A stretch of DNA of 59,372 nt, the filler included, from Sphacelaria rigidula (taxonomy: Eukaryota), in NCBI GenBank assembly GCA_964200075.2. It is 9 parts of 9 records of this genome, joined end to end, with 100 filler letters (N's around TTAATTAATTAA, not from the genome) between each part and the next. Parts side by side here need not be neighbours in the genome. Positions count along the whole stretch, not along the records: positions 46,257 to 52,764 come from CAXNAA020019657.1; positions 52,865 to 59,372 come from CAXNAA020019658.1; 7 more parts are not named here. One strand, given 5' to 3'. How positions within the stretch are numbered: the stretch's first letter is position 1; each line of letters starts with the position of its first letter. Below, piece after piece: positions 49,501-59,372 of this stretch. A program made the position numbers and the translations under genes. The notes beneath the pieces were generated by a model. The model did not search any database and was not told the origin of the DNA. It was given only the letters and a program-made list of their open reading frames with translations.

Positions 49501-52500
49501 TCTGGTCCCTGTCCGGATTGTGTTATGGTAGGTTCATGGAGACGGATGATTAGCTTTTTCATTTCATGTCTATGTCTGTGTTGTGGTATGGTACATGAAA
49601 GGATGCGAATGGTAAGCTTCTCATTCCATGTTTATCTCTGGCCTGTTTTATTGAAGTCAGAGAGGAAAGATGGTACGCTTCGTCATTCCATGTCGATGTC
49701 TGGACTGTGCTATGGTAGGATAACTGAAGAGGATAGTCAGCCTCTCCATTTCATGTGTTTATCCGGGCTGTGTCATGGTAAGTTAAAAACAGAGGATGGT
49801 CAGCTTTTTTTGCATGTTTATGTCAGGGCTGTACCATGATAGGTTGAAAAAAAGGAAGAATAGCCTTTTTTTCATTCTTATGTCCGGGCTGTGTTATGGT
49901 AGGTCAAAGAAAAAGGATGGTTATGTTCTTCGTTTCATATCTATGTCTGGGCTGTGTTACGATAGGTGAAGTAAACGGTAGGTTATCTTCTTCATTTCGT
50001 GTCTATGTCTGGGTCATGTTATGGTACGTGGAAAAAAAAGGATGTTGAGCGTCCTCGTTCCATGTCTATCGCTGGGTCATGTTATGGTAGGTTCAAGAAG
50101 AAGAGGGTTAGCTTCCCCATCCCTTATCCATATCTGGGCTGTTTTTTGGTGGGTTAAATTGAAAAAACGGTTACCTTCGTCATCGCATGTCTTTGTTCGT
50201 GCCGTGTGATGGTAGGATAGAAAAGGAGGACGGTATGCTTTATTTTGATGTCTTACCGGGCTGTGTCATCATAGGTAAAAGAAAGAGGATGATGAGCTCC
50301 TTCTTTCAATTGTAATGTCCGGCCATAAACTCGTAGGTGAGAGAACAAGGATGGTTACCTTCTTTATTTTCGTCCGGGCTGTGTGATGGTAGAATGAGGG
50401 GAAAGGGGTGGTTCGCTTCATTACTTGATGAGCTTCTCTATATTGATGTCTGTCTGGGCTGTGTCACCGTAGGATGAAAGAAGGAGGTGATTAGCTTCCA
50501 TATTTCATATCTATGTCTGGGCTGTGTTAGGGTACTTTAATGGAGAAGGATGGTTATCTTCTTAATTGTAAGTCTATGTCTGGGCTGTGCTATGGTACTT
50601 TCATGGAAGTGTATCTTCTATATTTTATGGTACGTGAGAGGGTGTCTGGGTTAAATTATGGTACGTGGAAGGAAAAGGATGGTTAGCTTCGCCATTTCAT
50701 GTCTATGCCTGAGCTGTGCTATGGTAGGTTAAGGAGAAGAACTGCTTAGGTTCGGCATTCCATGTCCATGTTCGTGCTGTGTGATGGGAGAGTGAAGAAA
50801 GAGGGTGGCTAGCTTTTTTTCTTTGATGTATGTCCGTGCTGTACCACGAGTACCATCGGTGAGAGACAAAGGACGGTGAGCTTCCTATTTCCATTTTCGA
50901 CACTTTCTACGATAGCCCCCTCCCTAAACCAGCCAAAAGTGGCACGAAAAAATGGTCATGTAGCGCCTGATGTTTGGGTTCAAGCCGCATGAAGTGCCTC
51001 ATAGTGGCGACGTTGACGAGAACAAACCCAAGTGTGGGAACTCCCAGCTGCTTGTTGTGCTTGACTTTTCCCATTTCGATTTACGTGAAGATATTGCCTC
51101 CCCAAACCATGCACTTTTTTGAGGGGGGGCTATCGTAGAAAGTGTCGTTCATGTCCGGGCTATGTTCTGGTGGGTTGAAAAAAATGATGCTTAGCTTCCT
51201 CATTTCATGTCTATGTCCAGGCTGCGTTATGGTAGATGAAAAAAAGAGAATGGCCAGCTTTTCTTTTTCATGTCTATATCCGGGCTGTGTGATGGTAGGT
51301 GAGAGAAAAAAATGGTCAGCCTCCTCATTTCATGTCTATGTCCGGGCTGTGTAATGGTGCGTTCGGGAAAAAGGGTGGTTGATTTTGTTTCTCCAATGTT
51401 TTGTTTGGGATGTGTTATGGTACGTGATTGAACAAGGATGGTCAGCTTCCTACTTCCATGTCTACGTCTGGGCTGTGTTCTGTTAGATTGAAGAGAAAGG
51501 ATGGGGTTCTTCGTCATTCCATGTCTATATCCGGCCTGCGTTACGGTAGCTTATAGATAAAAGAGGGCTACCTTCCACATTCCATGTCCTCGTGTGGGCT
51601 TGGTTTTGGTAGGTTAAAGAGAAAGGATGATGGGTTTCTCTAGTTAATGTCGATGTCCGGGCCGTGTGATGGTAGGTAAAAGAACGAGGATGGTTAGCTT
51701 CGTAATTTCAAATTTGTGTCCGGGCTGTGTTATGGTGTGTTTGGGGAAGAGGGTGGTTAGCTTCGTCCCTCTATGTCTATACCTGAGCTGTGTCATGGTA
51801 GATGGAAAAAAAGGAATGGCTATCTTCTTCATTTCATGTGTATGTCTGTGCTATGTTACAGTAGGTCACAGAGAAAAGATGGTTCGGATTTTCATTTCAT
51901 GTCTGTCTGGGCTCTGTTATGGTAGGTGGAAACAAAGACGAGGAGCTTCTTGATTTCATGGCTGTCAGGGCTACGTTACGGTAGGTTGAACATGAAGGGT
52001 GTTAGCTTCTCTATTTTATGTCTATGTCCGAGCTGTCTTATGGTAGGTTGAAGGAAAATGATGGTTAGCTTCCGTTTTCAATGTCTATGTCTTGGCTGTG
52101 TGATGGTGGGTTAAAGGGAAAAGATGGTTAGTTTTACAATTCCATTTGAATGTCTATGCTGTCTTATGGTAGTTCGAAGAAAAAAAATGGTTAGCTTGTT
52201 AGTTTGACGTCTATGTCCGGGCTGTGTCACCATAGGTGAGAGACAAAGGACGGTGATGAGCTTGTTGTTTCCATGTTCATTTCCGAGCTATGTTCCGGTA
52301 GGTTGAAGATAAAGGATGGTTAGCTTTTTAGTTTGATGTCCATGTCCGGGCTGTGTTATGGTAGGTTGAAGAGAAAATGTGGCGGGCTTCTCTAGTTCAT
52401 GTCTATGTCCGGGCCGTGTTATGGTAGGTATAAGAAACAGAATAGGTAGCTTCTTGATTTCACGTCTATGTCTGGGCTGTGTTATGGTGCATTTTGGAAA

Positions 52501-52676
52501 ACGTATGGTTGGCTTCTCTTTTTCATGTCTGTGTCAGGGATGTGTCATGATGGGTGGAAAAAAGATGGTTGTATTTTTGATTTCATGTCTACGTCTAGGC
52601 TGTGTTATGGTAGGTTAGAGAGAAAATATTGGTGAGTCTTTAATATCATGTCTGTCCGGGCCGTTTTATTGTAGGC
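46532..52676. repeat. Diverged ~63-bp tandem satellite (~90+ units) with a ~1.95-kb higher-order duplication
   Basis: Approximate consensus ATGTCTATGTCYGGGCTGTGTTATGGTAGGTTGAAGAAAAAGGATGGTTAGCTTCYTCATTYC. Unit starts near 47405, 47468, 47531, 47593 and 47656. Block 46532-47260 recurs at ~48481-49240. Confidence 0.95.
50899..51146. mobile_element. GACACTTTCTACGATAG MITE inserted in the satellite
   Basis: Perfect 17-bp TIR. TSD TTTC/GTTC has one mismatch. Confidence 0.88.
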
Positions 52677-52764
52677 GAGTCATGCTACGATAGGGGGTAC
52701 TCATGATCATGCATGCCATAATCATCAGACCATTGACCTCGCATCCCTACAATACCGGGACGGA
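52677..52764 (-). mobile_element. GAGTCATGCTACGATAG MITE end with a family B element at its G-run
   Basis: TIR start as at 7482, then GGGGGTACTCATGATCATGCATGCC...GACCATTGACCTCGCATCCC. Cut by the contig end. Confidence 0.6.
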
Positions 52765-52888
52765 NNNNNNNNNNNNNNNNNNNNNNNNNNNNNNNNNNNN
52801 NNNNNNNNTTAATTAATTAANNNNNNNNNNNNNNNNNNNNNNNNNNNNNNNNNNNNNNNNNNNNATCGGAACGGCTTTTAATGTGAAG

Positions 52889-52938
<50 letters not shown>
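52889..52938. repeat. (CAA)n microsatellite
   Basis: Seen directly in the sequence. Confidence 0.95.
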
Positions 52939-52939
<1 letters not shown>

Positions 52940-53184
52940 GAGTGCAAACATCTCAGGATCAAAGTGTAACGAAAAATTAGTTCTCCCTCCGTCCAACGTG
53001 GTGTCGCGCAACTTTTTTTCCCGTGAGGTGTCTTTTTCTTTTTTCATTAATTCTGCACCCTGATCCTGAGATATTTGCACTCTGAAATGACCAAAATGCT
53101 CTCTAATAAGTGACTGCACATCGCGATGTCTCTCTGGCTTCCCCACAATCTGCCCTCTGTTTTATTTTTCGTGTGTGTCTTCAG

Positions 53185-53310
53185 GCGCGAAATCGATCCA
53201 AGGCGGCGGCGATGCTCGGTGGCGGAGGCAAAGGGATGGCTGATGCGGGCTTGGATCTGGTGGTGGGGGATATCTGCGATATGTCGTCGCTCCGACCCGC
53301 ATTATTTAAG
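53185..53310 (+). CDS. NAD(P)-binding Rossmann-fold / CIA30-family protein (At4g18810/UOS1-like), exon
   Basis: ARNRSKAAAMLG...LDLVVGDICDMSSLRPALFK. TCAG acceptor and AAG|GTGGGT donor, phase 0. Confidence 0.85.
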
Positions 53311-53337
53311 GTGGGTGGATGGGGGGAAGGGCCGGGT

Positions 53338-53714
53338 GTACTCATGGTCTTGCATGCCACAGTCAGAAGACCATTGACCTCGCATCCGTACAAAGCCGGG
53401 ATGGAGCACGCCAGGTTTTCGGCGGGCCGGGCTCGCAATCAATCACCAAGCGCGAAGTGCCGTGATGTGTTCGGCGAGTCGCATGAAGGGTGAGCTGCAT
53501 CCTGCTAAGAAAGTTCGGCCCAAAGCCTACTGATTATCTTGCGTTTGGATGTTAGTCTCCCATGCGTTGCTTCATTTTCTAGTATCGCCACTCCCAGAGA
53601 CAGCCACGGGTTACACTGCCTCATCAAGATAACAGGGGGAGGGAGGGGGCGTCTTCATTTGTTGCTTGCCTCAGTCGTTTGACCGTTGACCACTCCTCCC
53701 TTTGGAGGCGAAGC
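53338..53714 (-). mobile_element. Near full-length family B element (~53338-53625) followed by a family A element (53650-53714); partial B at ~53807-53950
   Basis: Both units begin, on the + strand, with a G-rich tract followed by GTACTCAT-like sequence and GACC(A/G)TTGACC. Confidence 0.7.
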
Positions 53715-54482
53715 GCCGTTCCTACTCCTGATAGAGACACCCCCAACGTTCCGGCGCTCATTGTGTTCCTGTCGACATTACACGAAAACCTTTTACATAT
53801 CTCATAAAGGGTGAGCTGCATCCTACTAAGATCGCTCGGCCCAAAACGTACTGATAATCTTGTGTATGCATGGCCGCCTCCCATGCGTTGCTTCTTTTTC
53901 TGGTGTCGACACTTCCAGAGACAGTCACGGGTTACACTACCTCATTAAGTTAGGGGGCGGGGGATCGTGGGGGAGGTATGTTGGGTGGATCACGGTCCTA
54001 GAACACCTACACGCGACAGGCACCGTGTCGCCTAGAATGTCGCCTAGAATGTTCCTCGTGGACAGGATGTACCGTTACCTCGAGTCATTGTCCATTCCCG
54101 TCACAAACACCGTTGTGTTGATGGATTGAAAGGGAGCCGTTTTTTGGGTTGTTTAACATGCTGGAGAAAAAGGGGTATTTTTTTCCGTGAGAGTACAATA
54201 TACTCCCCTAGAGGATCCAGATGCATCTCTATCCGTTGGATCGGTGATTATTTTCACCCCTGGAGAATGACCTGTAGACTACTCCGGTGTCCATCTTTAG
54301 GCGCTCGAAGAGTTGAATGCGAGAGATGCCTTGAGTTTGTACTGACTCGTGGATATACGGAGTGTCGTCGCTTAGTGTCGGTGGAGCATGCTGTTTCCGT
54401 TGGAGAAATACATGTTTTTTGCGGTGAAGCGAGTGCTGTCTTCTGGGTATTATCAACTAAACTATTTTCCCCCTCCGAAATA

Positions 54483-54548
54483 TGCTCCGTCTCGAAAAGG
54501 ATGCGTGTTCCATGGTCAAACGACTAAGGCAAGCAACAAGTGAGTACG
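54483..54548 (+). mobile_element. Family A element with a 13-14-bp TSD CCCCT(C/A)CGAAATA(T)
   Basis: TSD at 54470-54482 and 54549-54561. Confidence 0.8.
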
Positions 54549-55142
54549 CCCCTACGAAATATCTGAATTTTTTCAACCCCGGATAAAGATGTGGTCAATT
54601 GTTGCGATAGAACATAATTGCACTATATCAATTTCAATACCGGGGAGAGATGGGCTGATCCTTTGAGACACAACGGACTCGTCCGGAGAAATGGGAGGGG
54701 TTCAAAGTGCGACAAATCAAGGAATGACAAAATAAAAATCAAGTATAGGGCCTATTGCAATACGCCTATATTTGGTTTACGCCGAGGCTAGAATCAATAT
54801 GCCTTTACTCTAGGCAGTACAGTCTTTTCTATCTCAACCTTTGTTTACATTTGTCCATGTTGTGGAATATTTCGGGAAAATAACAGCTTTTTCTCCGACA
54901 TAATGTGGGTGAAGATTTGTTTTCACCCTGTTGGACAATAGATCAATTCAAGACTGACTTCAGATTTCTCCGAAAAATTTGGCGTGGGATTTTAGTTCAG
55001 CGTTTTGTACTGGGATCAGTCGGGTGAAACTGACACCACATTAGGTCGGGGAAAACGTGGGTTCGATACCCGCCATTTTTTTTTTCTATTTTTCGTTTCT
55101 ATTTTATTTGTCGCCCTTTGAACCCCCCCCCCCTTCCTCGGT

Positions 55143-55212
55143 TGCTCCGTCTCGAAAGGGATGCGTGGTCAATGGTCAAATGACTAAGGCAAGCAACGAA
55201 TGAATGAGTACG
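55143..55212 (+). mobile_element. Family A element with TSD (C)11-12TTCCTCGG
   Basis: TSD at 55123-55141 and 55213-55232. Confidence 0.8.
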
Positions 55213-55918
55213 CCCCCCCCCCCCTTCCTCGGGATGAGTCCGCGGTCTAACAGTCTCAAGGGATCAACCCACCTCTCCCCCGGTACACGCCTTTCATTTT
55301 TGTCTCGCGGATTGGGTCATGACTATCAGCACTCCCGCACCGCGTCAACTCACGTCGAACAAACTAAAGTCAACAACTGCCAGATGCGTCTAGTTTCAAT
55401 CTCTTTGTTCTTGGACCCAACTGATTTCACTCTTCGCAAAAAGAGTATGTGTGGCTGATTTTGTTTTTGACGAGAGTTGACGCCATCCGGGAGAGTGCTG
55501 ATGGTCATGATCCACTCCGCGATGCCGCTTTCCGGGGGAGGTATTGGGTTGATCCCGTCAGACCACGGTCTCGTCCCCAGGAAGGGTAAGGGTTTCAACC
55601 CTTTTTGGATCAGACTCCCAACCACCAGCGGTTAACTCACCCCTGGTGTGCACGCAGGGTCCATCAATGTGAATCGGAATATTTTTCACTCGTTTTCAAG
55701 TGAAAATGATTCCGATTCACCGAGGGCTCCCTCACCCCCGGCTAGTCCACTCCGGTCCCAAAAGGGTTGAGGTGTGAGATGTGACGTGAAAAAATAAGAA
55801 AAAAATTGACGCATGATGCTGGTGAAGTGTTTTTTCACAAGCACTTTGTCTCGCTGGCCAACTGTCGTCTGTCCGTCTCTCTGCACCCATGCCCCCCCCC
55901 TCCCCCACTCCGACGCAG

Positions 55919-56026
55919 GACGTTGCTGCAGTTGTGTCGTGTACGGCTGCTATCGTCAGACCAACGGAGGGAGACGGACCCGACAGGGGCAAATATTTCC
56001 AGGGCATCAAGTTTTACGAACCGGAG
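55919..56026 (+). CDS. NAD(P)-binding / CIA30-family protein, next exon
   Basis: DVAAVVSCTAAIVRPTEGDGPDRGKYFQGIKFYEPE matches, from recall, the cyanobacterial/plant family motif P.EGDT.DR.KY.QG.KF..PE. CGCAG acceptor and GAG|GTGAAA donor. Confidence 0.88.
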
Positions 56027-59000
56027 GTGAAATCTCGATGTACGGTATGCTTTTGGAAGGGTTTTGATGTCTTCTACCAAAATCTAAATATATCTCATAC
56101 GGTTTGGGTGATAAGAATGGTTGACGGGAATATAGTGGTGAATGGGAACAGGATGGGGTGGGTGGAGTGGTTGATTTTGATCAACGGGTCTGACGAGAGG
56201 GTTGGGATGAGATTGGGTTGGTTCTGGGTGGTTGTTGGACGTTTTTTGTTTTGTTTTGGACAAGAGCAGCACATGAAGAAGGTCGCGTAACAAACGATTT
56301 GTTTGCGCAGGCAGTGTGCTGATGGAAGAGTAGTGAACAGCCATTCTTGAGTTCTCACCCTTCGACGAGGAAGATTTTGAAATATTTACTGCGAAAGCAC
56401 CCGTACCGTGAAAGTCAAGTCGCAAACGCGTACTTTGGTACACTTCATGAACTCACCGGATAATGACTTGTTGGCCATCAAAGGACCAAGCAACAACACC
56501 CCATTCACAGACATATTACAACGGGGGAGCTCAATGTCGGTACAGGCTGCTTCACGCGTTCGACCCCAAATCCACTCATCCGCAAATGTTCACCCCGATT
56601 CTTGGAGTCAGACTCTGAAAAGTTGCACAAATACGGGCTGGGCCGGCCTAGACGCGAATTTGTGGTTCGCAGACCCTATCTCACCTCAATTTTGCGACTT
56701 GAACCTTGAAATTTCGTACGGAGGAAGAATTGGGCATATGCTGAAACGCTGTCGACGGAACGTGTAATTTTTTTTCGAGAGTTTAGGGCAATAATCAGTA
56801 CCTAGTTATCGGGAAAATGCCGTCATCTCACGAAAAAAACAAACACGTCCCGATTGACAGTGTTTTAAGATGCCCTATTTTCCCTCCGTACCAAATTTCA
56901 AAGTCCAACTCGCAAAATTGAGGTAAGACGGGGCTATTAAGAAACCGGGCCGGGCGAAATTCGGAACAACATTTTCCAGGCCGTTTATCGGTCCAGATTT
57001 GGTGCTTGTGTTCTGCATGTTTTTGTGGGACCTCGCTAGGCCATAACCAACCAAAAATAGTGGAGAATACTGATATATATATATATATATATACATGTTT
57101 TTTCATTTGCTTAGAACGCTTTAGAATAGTAAATACCATATTCTCACGAGAAGGCCTGTATCTCTCTCACAAAAAAATGAAGGGCCCATATGTTTTTTTC
57201 CTCCGGCACGCGTTTGCAATTCTCCATGATAAGTTTCAGATCTCAATTCTTGATATTGAGCTGAAGACCCGAGAGCATTGTCGATTTTCCCTTGAATCTG
57301 CCCTGAGAAAAACAAAAATGAAGAAAAACGAAAAACGATGATTTTTTCCATTATGCACTACCGATTTTACACGCGAAAATTTCAAAGCACAGCTCGTAAA
57401 AACGGAGACGCAATATCCAGATTTAGTGCATTGAGTGCCTCTGCTCGAAATGCATTGGCTTTAGTATAGAACCTCATGTGCGCCATATCTCGAGGCAGAT
57501 AACGAATTAGGCAAAAGTGGAGGTAGCGATCGTCTCCCCGTGCTCCAGGGAATGTCCACACCAAAAATCGCCATCATCCGCTCTATATATTGTTTGATTT
57601 TTCATTCAGATTTTGGTATGGACGCTATCTCCGTACGGTATAAGAATGACTAGACATGGGATTTAATCGACGAGAAGAAATTGGCCCAGGCTTTTGAGCA
57701 CATGGGCACCTTCCCCTTGATCAGATGGCTAACACGATGTGCAGATCACGGCCCAATTTGTCTGTTTCGATGAGATTTTGCTATGAGAGCTTAAATCCGC
57801 ATCTAGGTCGACCCAGCTCGTATACCATGGGGCATTCCGAAACTTTCAAGTAATGGGGTTTCTCGATTTTTTATCCAACGGATCTCGGGAGTCCCAGGAT
57901 GCTGGGGAAATAATGCCATTCTTGGACCCCCGAAATCCAGAGAAAAAAACAAGAAACAAAGAAAGCCATTCGGTGAAGGTCCCGGAATGCCCCGTAGCAT
58001 ATATAGTGCAAAATTTTGGAGTCCGATTCCAAGAATCGGCGTGGACACTCGAGCTTTGTGCGACGAAGTGGGCTTGAAATCTTCAAACCGCTAGCTTACT
58101 CCATTTCAATATTGAAGCGGCTTTCCCGGGTACGCTTGGCGTCAATACGACCCCAGTGCATCAATTTTTTTAATTACGCAGCTATAGTTTCGTACACAAT
58201 CGTTCCTTGAACTCCGACGGGGACGCACAACTTTGTTTTATTTTTGTTTTTAGGCATACTCCGTACCGGCTTCCGGTGGTCTTGACACAGGGACCCCCGA
58301 AAGCCGGTAAAAAGGTTGAGAAAAAAAGGTTTTGTAATATTTTCAACATTCCAGTTTATCGACTTTGGAGCATCATTACCTGCCACACTGTCAAGTTTGA
58401 GGGTGGTCGAAGCTTACCGGCGACAGAAGACAAGGAGAACCGTCGGGAGCCTTTCTGGGTCCTTGGTGCATGTCATCTGTGGAAATCCGACGGCGTCAAA
58501 ACCCTACATCAACAAAGTACGACGATTTCGGGTATAACTCGATCTCATGGAAACCGTTTTCAGGAGTGCTTTTCCCGCTAGGTTCCCGAGCTGATAGTGG
58601 TTACTGCAATATACAGCACGCACAAGTTAGGTAAAAATTGGGTTGGGAATTCCGTTTTGAAATTCAGAACAGCATCAAGGCCGCTGATTCGTCGAGGTAC
58701 GTTCTCGCCCTTTTTGTCGCCCTTAGCGCCACCACTATGGTCTTGAACGAAATTTCGGCGTTGTCGCCCTCTTCTGCTGGTCATGGCGGTCAGTGTGATA
58801 CACCATGCGTGCCACAGTTGGGTAGGTATCTTTGAAGGAAGGCAGTTGCTGATGAGTGAATTTTGTGTGGAAAGCGTGAACCTGCCTGTGTAGATTTTGC
58901 GGAATGCTTGGCGCGCAGAAGCGGTGTCGTCCGCTACGAATCGACTTGTGTGTGTTCTTGAACCGCACAGGGTGAATGATGCACACTCTGGACAATGGAC

Positions 59001-59216
59001 ACAATAATAGTTCATTGCTTCAGCAATAGACACAGGGAAAAATTTATCGATCTATATTATCGAACACGATAGATGGTGAAAAACATCTGTTGATATGCAT
59101 TGCAAGGAACAACAGATGTTGCAATAGTCGATCGATAGGCTATGGCAATTACAATAAATGAAGATCACTCGCCATCGATGGAAATGGTGTATCGCAATAG
59201 ATTCTGGGTTGTATAT

Positions 59217-59372
59217 ATCGATAGCCATTGCCGTAATCAAAAGGTTTGGTGAGCCATCCATCGATAGTCATTGCCGTAATCAATAGGTTTCGTGAGCTAT
59301 CCATCGATAGTCATTGCCGTTATCAATAGGTTTGGTGAGCCATCCGTCGATAGCCATTGCCGTCATCAATAG
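59217..59372. repeat. 43-bp tandem minisatellite (>=3.6 units, runs off the contig end)
   Basis: ATCGATAG(C/T)CATTGCCGTAATCAATAGGTTTGGTGAGCCATCC repeated with period 43. Confidence 0.92.

Noticed and set aside
46532..52676. CRISPR array
   Set aside because: Whole monomers are similar along their length. There is no invariant repeat with unique spacers, no cas genes, and the context is eukaryotic.
55143..55212. Family A as a tRNA gene or hammerhead ribozyme
   Set aside because: No GTTCRA T-loop or anticodon arm, and no CUGANGA core on either strand.

Overview
This is eukaryotic nuclear DNA, most likely from a brown alga (Phaeophyceae). That assignment is inferred from the short exons, 0.9-2.6 kb GT-AG introns and Ectocarpus-like Gypsy pol motifs. 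The window is not one locus: it is nine unrelated contigs of exactly 6508 bp joined by 100-bp N44-TTAATTAATTAA-N44 linkers. Recognisable spliced gene fragments are an organellar-type ribosomal protein L7/L12, a Myb/SANT-repeat protein, an EF-hand (CDPK-like C-terminus) protein with a 1.9-kb low-complexity exon, and a NAD(P)-binding/CIA30-family protein. The rest is mostly repeats: a degenerate chromodomain Gypsy element interrupted by a hAT element, several MITE families (piggyBac-like, Ginger-like with internal telomere-type repeats, and a 4-bp-TSD CTACGATAG family), two ~250-bp palindromes and a 6-kb 63-bp satellite with higher-order structure. The most unusual signal is a high-copy ~66-nt element, with a longer ~300-nt relative. 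It has no terminal inverted repeats and folds into a conserved stem structure. It ends in poly(C), and several copies are flanked by 13-19-bp target-site duplications that start with a C-run. This looks like a C-tailed retroposon that targets G/C homopolymers. All family assignments were made by eye, without database searches.
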